A DNA stretch of 64,000 nt from a bacterium (GTDB taxonomy: Bacteria > SAR324 > NAC60-12): contig CBDBHR010000029.1 of the NCBI GenBank assembly GCA_965205865.1, positions 817,334 through 881,333 on the forward strand, written 5' to 3'. Made by a program: the position numbers and the translations under genes. The number at the start of each line of letters is the position of its first letter. The first letter of the stretch is position 1. The notes under the pieces are model-generated. The model saw only the letters and a list, made by a program, of their open reading frames with translations, was not told the origin of the DNA and ran no database searches. Positions 1 through 10,250 of the stretch are shown here, piece after piece.

Positions 1-115
1 CTGTCGACTCGAGCGATTCGTTCTTCGTAATCTTGAAGCGTAACGCAACCGGTGATAAAAAAAGCCGCCAATACGATAAAAAAACACTACTGCGATGAAA
101 ATTTCTACTTTCCAT
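1..115 (-). pseudogene. 5' end of a probable lipoprotein gene, interrupted by a 1-nt shift in a T7 run; runs off the window
   Basis: ATG at 115 reads MESRNFHRSSVF; after the T run another frame reads IVLAAFFITGCVTLQDYEERIARVD (lipobox-like ITGC). Confidence 0.4.
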
Positions 116-319
116 ATCTTGATCAGCTAAAATTAAATAATCCCATGCCAGCTTTTTATAAATCGGCGCCGAGTTTCCCTCGGCATTCTCTTCTACATAT
201 TCGTCTTTTGGATGTCAAGAAATTTTTGACATACACAGCTCATAATGCGTATATAACCGTCTTTCGCAGGAATGACAAGGTTTCTCCAAGATATGAAGAT
301 TCTATAAGATGCGGTGACC

Positions 320-672
320 CTGCTTATTATCGCTGGCCTGCGCGGGACGGGTTGGGCTGTTTCCCCAAGTTTCCCGAACGGACCTGCCTGTTCCATCTGT
401 TCAACTCCCACCGTTACCTGACAGCCCACTTATTGGCCAAGCCCATTGCGCTTGCAGCGATCGACAACTGCAGGATTGAACTGCTTCAACCCGCCGCCAT
501 GGGCTGGATCCCCGGCAAATTGGGAAGAAGCGCTTCTCGAACCTGCGTTGGATCATCGGCTGCAAGCGGCGCCTCATGCTCATCCGGTTCAGGCAGGTCG
601 TCGGCTGGAACTGCGACGCCACGTCGCCGACATTACCTTTCATCCACTGGTGAAGCGGTCGCCACATATTGA
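320..672 (+). pseudogene. Degraded DDE transposase fragment (IS982/IS4-like)
   Basis: Segments in different frames (YYRWPARD..FPKFPERTCLFHLFNSH, IDNCRIELLQP, RQIGKKRFSNLRWIIGCK, ADITFHPLVK) resemble a transposase family I recall; frameshifted. Confidence 0.55.
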
Positions 673-764
673 TATGAAACTTTGGAGATGTCAACACTTT
701 TTAAAAAAATATTCGGGACCCTTCAAAAATAGTAAAAAGTAGTTGACCGTTTGCCGCCTTCGTT

Positions 765-832
765 GTCATTCCTGCGCAGGCAGGAATCCAGTTGTAGTCA
801 CGAAGATGGATCCCCGCATTCGCGAGGATGAC
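765..832. repeat. REP/RPE-like palindromic element (GTCATTCCNGCG...GGAATCCA family)
   Basis: Arms gtcattcctgcgcaggcaggaatcca (765-790) and tggatccccgcattcgcgaggatgac (807-832) are imperfect inverted repeats; half copy at about 260-277. Confidence 0.75.
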
Positions 833-908
833 AGAGGAACTGTCAACTGGAAAATGAAAGAAAGGTAGGTGGATATCGAGGTATAGTGACGAAACGTTAA
901 CCACCATT

Positions 909-1258
909 TCAGATACCTAAATTGCCTCTTGGGTTCGTTCGGACCTTAATCAATGCTGGCTCACTTTCGCCATACACGTTCTTGGATCTGACTTCCAATT
1001 CATACTCACATCAGATTTTAAACCAACAAAACCGCATCCGGTTATAGGAGTTTCGAATCCAATGCTCCACTCGCTGGAACCCGCTTCCCTTATACGAACG
1101 ACATAAGTTATGGGAGGGGAGCATTTCGCTTCTATGCCATCCCCTTCTATTACACCCTTCAGCCCTTTCAATGCGATAGAGAAAGTTTTAGTCTTTCCAT
1201 CCCAAGAAACAGGGGGTTTGGTTTGTTTTTTCATCAACCACTGTTGCTTGCTCATCAC
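909..1258 (-). pseudogene. Small fibronectin type III-like protein with a frameshift near 1007
   Basis: PPITYVVRIREAGSSEW...VGLKSD, then in another frame EYELEVRSKNVYGESEP...stop at 909; FN3 signature. Confidence 0.55.
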
Positions 1259-1468
1259 CTATTCCTCCGGACTTATACCCTTGACTTTAACCATAGACCC
1301 CGCATCCGGAGAATTGACCGGTAATTCCAGACGACCTTCCAACCAAGCGACACACTCAGTAATGCCAGTGATTTTTTCGCCAATATGCCGGACGTCTTCG
1401 CGTGTCGCGGATTTTTCGACGAGCTCACTAATGCGACTTTCCAGACGTCGTTCCATTTTTGTCAGCAT
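1259..1468 (-). CDS. Small hypothetical coiled-coil protein
   Basis: 69-aa ORF abutting the FN3-like gene. Confidence 0.4.
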   Translation of the reverse strand: MLTKMERRLESRISELVEKSATREDVRHIGEKITGITECVAWLEGRLELPVNSPDAGSMVKVKGISPEE

Positions 1469-1898
1469 CCAATACCCTTAAACGATAAGAATAACGACTT
1501 CCGTCAAATTAGTTTCACGTATTAATTCTGTTATAATTGCATTCATCTTGTTTGCTATAATCGATCGCGCGTACGTGTTATGGCGAAAAAACCGACAAAG
1601 ATCATGGCTACGGCTGGCTAAATACTGTAATTATTTGATTATAAAAGCATTATATTAGCCCTACCGCGCTAGTCATGCCCAAAGTCAATTTTATTGGTCT
1701 ACACCGGGCAAAAGGCAAAAAATGATTGCGACCGGTAGTTGCTCAAGCCACCGTTTGAAGTATCAACCGTTGGCGCTGGTTGCATAATGAAACTCACCGC
1801 CCAGAGGCGCGCAAATGATTTAAAAAAGCGCAGCTAAAAGGAATTTCCCGCCTTCCTGCCGCGTGAGTTGAGATTATCAATCGGTTTCCCTGGTCATT

Positions 1899-2918
1899 TC
1901 AGCGTTTGAGGGTCATTAATACCGGGCAATGGTCGCTCAGTTTTTGCTGATTACGGTCCGCATATTCCGCATCCTCTTCATATCCCATGCTGATCTTTTT
2001 AAATTCCGCGGATATTCCGTTGCGGAGAATCGACTTGTCGACTACCACAAAATCAATGTGTTCATCATATCGTTTGGCGTGAGACGGCCAGCATACTTCG
2101 TCCTTTCCTTCAGGCCCCTTAACGAATTCCAGACCGCTGGGACTGCCATCATCGAGTTCCTTCCAGAAGTGCTCCGCTCCGGTGGAATTTGAATCGAGAA
2201 CATTCATCCTGCGATTGAAGTCGCCTGCGACAATGGTCGCAATTCCCTGCGCAGCCTGCTGTTCAAGCCAGTTTTCCAGAATCGCATGCTGCGCCACCAA
2301 GGTCCTGCAGGCGAAGCGTGAACCGAATTCTTCTTTTGTAACGAGATCTTCGTCCTCTACGGGAAATAATGGCCATTGGTGGCAAAACGATTTGAGATGC
2401 ACCGCAAGCAATTTGACCGGGAGGCCTTCCAACTCGAATTCGACGACCATCGCTGACCGCGTCCTGCGGTGCTCCGCATTTCCGTTGCGAACGTCGAGGT
2501 GCCGAATCGCAAGCGCGTCGAGAGTATAAACCTTGGGAATTTCGGGAAATTTTTCCTTCGAAATAGCGAATGCGACAAAAATGTCGCGTTGCTCGGGAGG
2601 TCGAAATTCCTCGCCCCGCTGGTACTGGTCCGAAACGATCAAATGGTATTTTTCTTCAGGAAAGATCAAGCGCAGCGCAGTGGGGGAGCCAATTTCCTGC
2701 GCGGCCACGATGTCGGCACGCAGACTCCGAGCCACTTGCCGAAGACGCTCGTAATCGCTGGCGTCTCGTGGGATGGCCCCGTTACGAAGGGGCACCCCGG
2801 CCTCATGATGCAGATTCGCGATATTCCAGCTTCCCACTCTCAGCAGTTCTGTTGCGGAGAGAGAGGATGGAATCGAAGCGGCAGCTAAAAGGGCAATGCT
2901 GAAAGCGAATTTGGGCAT
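1899..2918 (-). CDS. Secreted endonuclease/exonuclease/phosphatase (EEP) family protein
   Basis: Signal peptide; SWNI, QEI, VHLKS, GDFN, HIDF, SDHCP motifs. Confidence 0.9.
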   Translation of the reverse strand: MPKFAFSIALLAAASIPSSLSATELLRVGSWNIANLHHEAGVPLRNGAIPRDASDYERLRQVARSLRADIVAAQEIGSPTALRLIFPEEKYHLIVSDQYQRGEEFRPPEQRDIFVAFAISKEKFPEIPKVYTLDALAIRHLDVRNGNAEHRRTRSAMVVEFELEGLPVKLLAVHLKSFCHQWPLFPVEDEDLVTKEEFGSRFACRTLVAQHAILENWLEQQAAQGIATIVAGDFNRRMNVLDSNSTGAEHFWKELDDGSPSGLEFVKGPEGKDEVCWPSHAKRYDEHIDFVVVDKSILRNGISAEFKKISMGYEEDAEYADRNQQKLSDHCPVLMTLKR

Positions 2919-2951
2919 GTCGGATCTCCTGTCGGGTTTTTGAGAACGTGG

Positions 2952-4073
2952 TCAGGGTTGATGGTGAGGAACGCGGCACAAGTGGTGATGGAGGTGCTGA
3001 AGGAAGACCCTGTTGTCCAATGCCAGATAATGAAACTCGCCCCCCATACGCGCAAATGATTTACAAAAGCGCAGGTAATAGGCAGGATGGTCCTTGGGTG
3101 GCTCGCCCCGGCTCCAATTCCAATTGCCGGGTTGAATGTCATTGGCAACGATCAGGTAACGTTCCGGAGGGCGGTTGTCCCGGAGGGTTACATTCCGGGC
3201 CATGGCCATGGCTTTCTCGAAAACCATCGGTGCCATCACGGCCGAGCCGATGCAAAAGAAGATCCCGCCTTCGAGTTGCGTGAGACGTTGGGCGAACGTC
3301 AGAAAATCCTGCAGAGCCGCTTGTCCAATGGCTGCTCCGTTGTTGAGCGGGTGGGCATAAATGATATCGGCTCCGATTCCAGGGCACACGCTGAAGGGGA
3401 TCTGCAAGCGATACGCGGCTTCCTGAATACTGTAGCGCTTATAAGGGTGGCAGACCTCCATCCTGCCGGGAGCAAGCCGGAACTCTTCCAGCGTCCGGGC
3501 CAAACCCGCTTTTGCGGGGAATCGCGCGGAAAAAGACCCCTGCCGTATCTCACGGGTCAGTTCCTGCCGTAACGTTTCCACGGCAGGGAGCTCCAGTTGG
3601 TCCTCATGGATCATTTTCCCGACAGCAGCCCCGTATCCCAGTCCTCGAGAGGCACCCAAAATGAGAGCGAGATTGATAAAAAATCCGGTTTCCTGCCAAA
3701 TACCGAATTGGCCTTCCTCGAGGTACCGGCGGACGTCTTCTTCGGTTTTCCCTTGAAAGGCCATTTCCCAGTCATGGATGGACCCGGCGCCGTTGGTCAG
3801 CAGGTGCTGAAGATAGCCGGCCTCCATCAATTCAATGATCAAAGGCGCCAGCCCGTTCTTGAACAGATGCGCTCCATAAGCCATAATGATGGGAGCTCCT
3901 TTTTTTTTCGACGCTTTCATCTTTTCCGTCAATTGCTCGATGAATTGGGCCTCTTTTGTGGCAAGCGGAGGGAGTGGGGTTTCCCTGTCGATCATGATGC
4001 CGGTATCGGATTTGGATTGCCGAGAAGCCAAAGGTTTGATATTCAGACGACTTCTATCGAATTTTTCATGCAT
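2952..4073 (-). CDS. Deoxyhypusine-synthase-like fold protein (GSU2086-like)
   Basis: YGAHLFKNGL, TNGAGSIHDWE, GIGADII, IGSAVMAPMVFEKA motifs. Confidence 0.6.
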   Translation of the reverse strand: MHEKFDRSRLNIKPLASRQSKSDTGIMIDRETPLPPLATKEAQFIEQLTEKMKASKKKGAPIIMAYGAHLFKNGLAPLIIELMEAGYLQHLLTNGAGSIHDWEMAFQGKTEEDVRRYLEEGQFGIWQETGFFINLALILGASRGLGYGAAVGKMIHEDQLELPAVETLRQELTREIRQGSFSARFPAKAGLARTLEEFRLAPGRMEVCHPYKRYSIQEAAYRLQIPFSVCPGIGADIIYAHPLNNGAAIGQAALQDFLTFAQRLTQLEGGIFFCIGSAVMAPMVFEKAMAMARNVTLRDNRPPERYLIVANDIQPGNWNWSRGEPPKDHPAYYLRFCKSFARMGGEFHYLALDNRVFLQHLHHHLCRVPHHQP

Positions 4074-4210
4074 ACGAGCAAGCAGACAGGGGAACCTGGA
4101 GAATTAATAATCTTCACAAGGAAAAGACTCTGTCGAACAATGACGTGGATGCCTACTGTAGCCCAAGCAGGGCCAAGTTGAAACGATTTTTCTAATCCGG
4201 GAAAAAAATC

Positions 4211-4792
4211 ATGGTGCTTTCCGACGTTGAACTGAAGAAACTGATCGAAGACGGCTATTTACCGACAGGCTTGCACGTGGGGCCTTCGAGTGTCGATCTC
4301 ACTTTGTCCGATTCTTTCTGTTGGCCGGATCCCAAGGAAAACAGGATCGTGCTGGGAGAACCCGTTCATTACCAGCAGGCGCAATCCGATACTTTCACCC
4401 TCGCCGCCAATCGTTTTGTATTGGCAAGCACTGCCGAAATCATTCGGGTGCCGGATGATATGGCGGCCTACGTGGAGGGACGCTCCAGCATTGGGCGCTT
4501 GGGATTGCAAATCCAAAATGCCAGCTTCATCGATGGCGGTTTTTATGGCAAAATCACCCTGGAGTTGGAAAACCAGTCGTGTTTCCCCATTGAATTGCGG
4601 GCGGGGATTCGCATTTGCCAGATCGTGTTCTTCAGAATGACCACGGCGGCTGAAAATCCCTATCGTGGCAAATACAACGGACAGGATGGCGCCACTCCCA
4701 GCCGTTTGGAAGAGGATTTTGAAAGGAAGCCCGATTCCAGCGCCAAAATGAAGAGAGGAAGAGTGGATAACTTGCAAAATCGAGAAGAGTGA
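4211..4792 (+). CDS. dcd: dCTP deaminase
   Basis: PSSVDLTL, EGRSSIGRLG, IDGGFYGKITLE, YRGKYNGQ. Confidence 0.95.
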   Translation: MVLSDVELKKLIEDGYLPTGLHVGPSSVDLTLSDSFCWPDPKENRIVLGEPVHYQQAQSDTFTLAANRFVLASTAEIIRVPDDMAAYVEGRSSIGRLGLQIQNASFIDGGFYGKITLELENQSCFPIELRAGIRICQIVFFRMTTAAENPYRGKYNGQDGATPSRLEEDFERKPDSSAKMKRGRVDNLQNREE

Positions 4793-5838
4793 TGAGAGCT
4801 CGATTCCGTACTGATCTTCACGTCATCGCCGTCTCCTCCATTTCAATAGAGGAACTCTGGGGAGGTCGCAATCAATTCCAATTGATCGACGTGCGCACGC
4901 CGGATGAATTTGCGGCAGGCACCATTCCCGGCGCGATCAACGCGCCCTTATTATCGCAGGCGGATCATCGTCAGATCGGTACGCTCTATCGAGCCTTCGG
5001 CCAGGAAAAAGCTCTTGCCGCCGGCTATGATCAACTACGTGAGAAATGGCCGGAATTCCTGGATACTCTACTAAAAACCCCCACCACTCGTCCGCTAACG
5101 ATTTTTTGCGCTCGAGGCGGGATGCGCTCACGAATCATTGCTAATATCTTTGCCCTGCTCAACTATCACAACCTTGTCTTGGAAGGCGGTTACAAACGTT
5201 TCAGAAACTGGAATCTGGCCCGATTGGAGCATCTCACCTTTCCAACCCCCCTTTATGTTCTGGATGGTTTGACAGGCGTAGGAAAAACCAGAATTCTTCA
5301 AAAACTGAAAAACTGCATCGATCTGGAAGAACTGGCGCAGCATCGCAGTTCGGTTTTTGGAGACATTGGCAAAAAGCCCGTCTCCAGCAAATCATTCGAA
5401 GCGCGTTTGTTGGAAGCATGGGATGGTCTGGAGCGGGATGCTCCCCTGTTTCTTGAAGGCGAGAGCCGTAAGATCGGAAATGTCACCATTCCACGCCTTT
5501 TGTTTGAAAAAATGAAATCCGGCAGGCGTATCTTGCTGACGGCTTCCCTTGAAACACGGGTGAAACGGATCTCCAAAGACTATCTTCCCAAGACTGCGAA
5601 GGAACGCCATCAGTTGATCGGCAAAACGATCAGTCTGACTCCTTTGTTGGGAAAAAAAACGGTCACCGACCTGGTCGCCTGGTTGGAGAAGGAGTGGTAT
5701 CAGGAATTCTTCAAATTCATGCTGGAAGAGTATTATGACAAAAAATACGCAAACAGCGCGAAGGGCTATACCTACCACGCGGTCATTGACGCCGAAGACC
5801 TGGAGCTCGCGACAAAGAACGTTATGCGACTATTATGA
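4789..5838 (+). CDS. mnmH: tRNA 2-selenouridine synthase
   Basis: Rhodanese DVRTPDEF, CARGGMRS; P-loop GLTGVGKT; DLEELAQHRSSVFG; EGESRKIG. Confidence 0.93.
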   Translation: MMRARFRTDLHVIAVSSISIEELWGGRNQFQLIDVRTPDEFAAGTIPGAINAPLLSQADHRQIGTLYRAFGQEKALAAGYDQLREKWPEFLDTLLKTPTTRPLTIFCARGGMRSRIIANIFALLNYHNLVLEGGYKRFRNWNLARLEHLTFPTPLYVLDGLTGVGKTRILQKLKNCIDLEELAQHRSSVFGDIGKKPVSSKSFEARLLEAWDGLERDAPLFLEGESRKIGNVTIPRLLFEKMKSGRRILLTASLETRVKRISKDYLPKTAKERHQLIGKTISLTPLLGKKTVTDLVAWLEKEWYQEFFKFMLEEYYDKKYANSAKGYTYHAVIDAEDLELATKNVMRLL

Positions 5839-5894
5839 GCCTCGATTCGAGGTCTGCTTGCAGAAGGAAATTTTCGACTCGGAGATGGTATGAA

Positions 5895-6134
5895 ATGGTA
5901 TTGGATTATACTTTGATAATTGAAGAAGAAGAGGCGGGGCGCTTCCGTTTTTCTTCGCCGGATCTGGCAGGGTTTCAAGGCAAGGGATTTTCACTGGAAG
6001 ACTGCCTGCAACAAGCTCCCATGGCTATCGAGGAGCATTTGGCGCACCTCGAGGCCCTCAACTGTCCGATTCCCTCCAAATCCTCGGATCCTCAGATCAT
6101 TTTCCGGGGAGAAACCTGGCAATCCCTTGCTTGA
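5895..6134 (+). CDS. HicB-family antitoxin-like protein (orphan)
   Basis: YTLIIE..F.FSSPDLAGF...G.SLEDCL..A..AIEEHL pattern. Confidence 0.7.
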   Translation: MVLDYTLIIEEEEAGRFRFSSPDLAGFQGKGFSLEDCLQQAPMAIEEHLAHLEALNCPIPSKSSDPQIIFRGETWQSLA

Positions 6135-6143
6135 AATTGAAAT

Positions 6144-9100
6144 TCAAATTACCGGAACCGTGGCTTTCCGGGTTGTTGCGGAAGCGGTACCGGTGGCATG
6201 GTAACGTTTTATTTTCTCTTCCGCTTCTTTTCGGGTTTTGCGGATATTTTCCATTTTGATCTCTTCATAACCACGAACGTTGTCGGGAAGTGAAGCAATG
6301 ACAACGGCGTTTTGCAGCGTCTCTCCCGTCAGGCCGGAAAGGAGCTCTCGCACCAGGTTTTCATACCATGGAATCAATGCGGCTTCCGCCCTCCGTACGT
6401 TTGCGCGGGCAAACGGGTCCCATGGCGTACTACGAAGAACCTTGAAGCAGGCCAGTCCTTTCAAGAAAGGAAAGACCCAAGGCCCCATGGTCAGCTTATT
6501 TTTCAATCCCCACTTGCGCAACATCGGGGGATGGAGGTGGATAGAAACTTTGACTTGGCCTTGATAAGCATTTTTTGCGTTTTCCACGGCGGGATTCTGA
6601 GTCCACAAACGGGCCACTTCATATTCATCTTTATATGCCATCAGTTTGAAGAGCCATTTGGCTACCGTGGTGGTGAGAAGCACGTCTTCAGACTCGTCTG
6701 CCATCGTGGAAACTCGAGTTGTTTCTGACTGGTGGACTTGTTCGATGAAATTCAAGTATCGTTTCGCATAGTTTGTATTCTGAAAGAGGATCAAGTCGGA
6801 GACGCGAGGATAAAGGACCTCATGCAAAGCGCTATTTCCAGGAAACCGCGCAGCCAGTGATTCCATGGCAGCTACCTGTTGCGGGTCGAATTTTTTCAAT
6901 TTCACCAGCGCCGTTTCTTTGCAAGATTCGGGTTTCATCCTATCCTCAAAGAGCACCGCTTTGGCATTTTCAGGGTCCGTCGCGTATTTCCTGCCCCAGC
7001 GGAATGCATTGATATTTCGCTCCACCGCAACTCCATTGCCTGCTATGGCAGCTTCGATATAAGGAGCGTCGACAGGAAGCACCCCCTGTTGGTAAGCGAC
7101 TCCGAGCATGAAAATGTTGTTGGACTGCTCCGTTGCAAAAAGAGTCTCGGAAAACTGGTTGGCGTCTACATAATGATTCCGGTCGGCTTTCGTGCGCCGG
7201 TTCAATTGATGTCGCAAAAACGAATGTTTGGGAAACGGCGTTCTCGTGTCCGTGATGGTCAAGGCCGTATCGGTTTGATGCGAGTTGACGATCGCGGCGC
7301 TGCGAGCGGCATCGAGACGGTCCAGATTGTCCGGAGAAACGGAGGCAAGAAAATCGAATGCCAGCAGCAGGTCGGTTTGTCCGGAAGGGATACGAAAAGA
7401 TGATTCATAAGGCCGGTCACAGATGCTGATATTGGAAGTCACCGCCCCTCCTTTTTGAGCGAGTCCTGTTTGATCGAGCTGAGCTGCGTATTTTCCTTGC
7501 AAGTGGGCGGCTGCCACCAGAATCGCGCTGGCGGTCACTACTCCGGTTCCTCCTATTCCCACCATCAGGATGCGGTAGGGTGTTTGGCAATCGACCTTTT
7601 TTACAGGCGCTGGCAGCGTATCGATTTCTACTTTTTGAAAGTGACTCGGTTTGGTGATGCGATCAGCGCCTTCCTCCAGTTCCACTGTCATAAAAGACGG
7701 GCAATCTCCTTTCAAACAGGAATAATCAAAATTGCAGGAGGACTGGTGGATTTGAGTCTTCCGTCCATATTCCGTCTGCGCCGGAATCACGGAAAGACAA
7801 TTGGATTTCACGCCGCAATCGCCACATCCTTCGCAGACGGCTTCATTGATCAAAACGCGTTTGCGGGGAATTTCCAGTACGCCGCGTTTCCGATCCCGCC
7901 GTTTTTCGGCAGCGCATTGTTGGTCATAAATCAGGACGCTGACGCCTTTGACGTCTTTCATTCCCTCAACGACGCGGGGATATTGCGCTTTAGGAACGAC
8001 GTCGATTTTCTTGCTGATTCGTTTTTGGGGGTATTTTTCAGGAAGTTCCGTAACAATAGTGATTTTCCGCACCCCTTCCCATTCGAGTTTTCGTGCCAAA
8101 GACGTCGTATCCAACCCGCCCGAGACTTTTTGACCACCGGTCATTGCCACCGCCGAATTGTAAAGGATTTTGAATGTGATATTCACACCGGCATTGATAC
8201 AGGCTTCAATAGATTTGCTGCCCGAATGAAAATACGTGCCATCCCCGATGTTTTGGAAAAAATGTTCTTTTCCGGTGAAATGGGAAAGGCCAATCCAGTT
8301 GGCCCCTTCTCCTCCCATGTGGGTGATGAACTCGAGCCCCCGTCCCATCCACATGGCCATGGCGTGGCAGCCTATGCCGGCGCCTCCTATTTCGCCTTCA
8401 GGATTGACTGTCGAGGTACTGTGCGGACAGCCACTACAGAAATAAGGAATTCTGGGCATGACTTCTTCGTAGACGCGGGATTGGATTTCCACCATTCCGG
8501 CAGCTCTGGCAGGTAAATCCATGCCGGGAAAGCTATCGGCTAAAAAGCGAGCCAAAACCATCACGATTTCACTGACTTTAAGTTCACTCTGCGCATGGAA
8601 CATGATTTGACCCCGACGATCTTTCTTACCGTAAATGCGGGGAGGATGCGGAAGAGAATACAATTCATTGCGTATCAGCATCTCGGTAAATCCTCGTTTT
8701 TCCTCAACGAGGACAACCTCTTCCAGACCATCTGCGAATTCCCGCAAACGTTTGGGTTCGACGGGGGCGATCATACCCATTTTATAAAGTCGGACTCCCA
8801 TTTTCCGCAATGCCTGATCGTCCAAGCCGAGTGAATATAGAGCGTCCTTCAAGTCGTAATAGCTTTTTCCGAATGAAACGAATCCCATGCGATCGTTGCC
8901 GGATCGTACGGTGATTTTGTCGATTTCATTTTCATAAACATAAGCTTTGGCAGCCTCCGACTTGTCATAAAAGATCTGCCTTTCCGACTCCAGGCTGGCG
9001 TCCCCCACCAATTTCAGCGTTTGAAGTTTTTGGAAAGGTTTGCCGGCGATTTCAAATGCCGGTACGAGTTGCAGGGCTTGTTCCGGATAAACCTCGACAA

Positions 9101-9731
9101 TCGAGCCACTGTCTGCCACGTCGGTGACAATCTTGAGTGCCGTCCACAGTCCCGCGTAACGGGAAAGCCCGACACCTTTCAAGCCCATTTCAAGAAGTTC
9201 CTGCTGATTTCCCGGAAAAAGCACGGGTATACCGAGGTCAAATAAACCGGGAGTGTTATCACTGGGGATGGTTGAACTCTTACAGGAGGGATCATCGCCT
9301 GCGAGGGTCAGTACGGCTCCGTATTTGCTGGTTCCGGTAAAGTTGCCATGACGAAAGGCATCCCCCGTGCGGTCCACTCCGGGGCCTTTGCCGAACCACA
9401 TTCCCAAAACCCCGTCAAAGTCGGCATGCGGGAGAAATTCCAACAGTTGGGTGCCATTGAGGGCGGTTGCCGCTATATCTTCGTTTACTTCCGCGTGAAA
9501 ATAAATACGATGTTCTTCCAGCAAGGATGAAACCCGTCCAAAATGCGTATCCATGGTTCCCAAAGGTGATCCCTGGTATCCGCTCACGTAGGTTCCCAGT
9601 TTGATACCGTCTTTCGTGTCTTTGCGAGTTTGGTCGATGGGAATGCGCACCAACGCCTGGATTCCGGATAAAATGACATTGCCTTCCAGCACCCTGTAGC
9701 GGTCCATGAAATTAAATTCAGAAGGTTTCAT
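6144..9731 (-). CDS. Indolepyruvate:ferredoxin oxidoreductase, fused alpha/beta
   Basis: SGYQGSPLG, GKGPGVDR, FCSGCPH, GDGTYFHSG, CEGCGDCG, GIGGTGVVT, KLMAYKDEYEVAR. Confidence 0.92.
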   Translation of the reverse strand: MKPSEFNFMDRYRVLEGNVILSGIQALVRIPIDQTRKDTKDGIKLGTYVSGYQGSPLGTMDTHFGRVSSLLEEHRIYFHAEVNEDIAATALNGTQLLEFLPHADFDGVLGMWFGKGPGVDRTGDAFRHGNFTGTSKYGAVLTLAGDDPSCKSSTIPSDNTPGLFDLGIPVLFPGNQQELLEMGLKGVGLSRYAGLWTALKIVTDVADSGSIVEVYPEQALQLVPAFEIAGKPFQKLQTLKLVGDASLESERQIFYDKSEAAKAYVYENEIDKITVRSGNDRMGFVSFGKSYYDLKDALYSLGLDDQALRKMGVRLYKMGMIAPVEPKRLREFADGLEEVVLVEEKRGFTEMLIRNELYSLPHPPRIYGKKDRRGQIMFHAQSELKVSEIVMVLARFLADSFPGMDLPARAAGMVEIQSRVYEEVMPRIPYFCSGCPHSTSTVNPEGEIGGAGIGCHAMAMWMGRGLEFITHMGGEGANWIGLSHFTGKEHFFQNIGDGTYFHSGSKSIEACINAGVNITFKILYNSAVAMTGGQKVSGGLDTTSLARKLEWEGVRKITIVTELPEKYPQKRISKKIDVVPKAQYPRVVEGMKDVKGVSVLIYDQQCAAEKRRDRKRGVLEIPRKRVLINEAVCEGCGDCGVKSNCLSVIPAQTEYGRKTQIHQSSCNFDYSCLKGDCPSFMTVELEEGADRITKPSHFQKVEIDTLPAPVKKVDCQTPYRILMVGIGGTGVVTASAILVAAAHLQGKYAAQLDQTGLAQKGGAVTSNISICDRPYESSFRIPSGQTDLLLAFDFLASVSPDNLDRLDAARSAAIVNSHQTDTALTITDTRTPFPKHSFLRHQLNRRTKADRNHYVDANQFSETLFATEQSNNIFMLGVAYQQGVLPVDAPYIEAAIAGNGVAVERNINAFRWGRKYATDPENAKAVLFEDRMKPESCKETALVKLKKFDPQQVAAMESLAARFPGNSALHEVLYPRVSDLILFQNTNYAKRYLNFIEQVHQSETTRVSTMADESEDVLLTTTVAKWLFKLMAYKDEYEVARLWTQNPAVENAKNAYQGQVKVSIHLHPPMLRKWGLKNKLTMGPWVFPFLKGLACFKVLRSTPWDPFARANVRRAEAALIPWYENLVRELLSGLTGETLQNAVVIASLPDNVRGYEEIKMENIRKTRKEAEEKIKRYHATGTASATTRKATVPVI

Positions 9732-9983
9732 TGTCTCTCTCGATTCAAGTGAACACAATCTGTTGATTCGCGCTGCGAAACTGTGGTGACCTTTCTGAAA
9801 ATTGTTTCACGCAAGATGAATAAAGTCAATCACATCTATCAGCGCGTAATCATATTGTTGCGCAGCATCACCGGAGGAACGATATGCCAAAATCGACAAT
9901 CCCGATGATCAAAACGATCCAAAACGTCGCGCGGATGATATAGGCGGCAAAAAAAAATCAAGAAATTCCTTCGTAAATTTCTC

Positions 9984-10012
9984 TTGACACGCCTATTTAC
10001 GGAGGCTATGAT
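9984..10012 (+). promoter_or_regulatory. Sigma70-type promoter upstream of tldD
   Basis: TTGACA-17 bp-TATGAT. Confidence 0.6.
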
Positions 10013-10250
10013 CTTCTGTGATTTTTGATTTTCTTATGTGGTCGTGGGGTGACCGCAAACCGATTCGTATTGCTGCGAAACGTATCAAGAAGCATCCCGA
10101 CCCAAAGCGATTGAGAGTGTAAGGCAAGAAAATTTTTTAACATTTCCGCAATCCTCCATTTTCCGGTGAATCGAGGGGATTTTATATATTCAACTTTTAC
10201 AAAATAATCCTTGTTTGGTTCCGGCTGTGCCGGGTTAGGGAGGAATAAAA

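Noticed and set aside
52-672. 206-aa ORF as a real gene
   Set aside because: Composite of non-coding DNA, a repeat half and a frameshifted transposase relic
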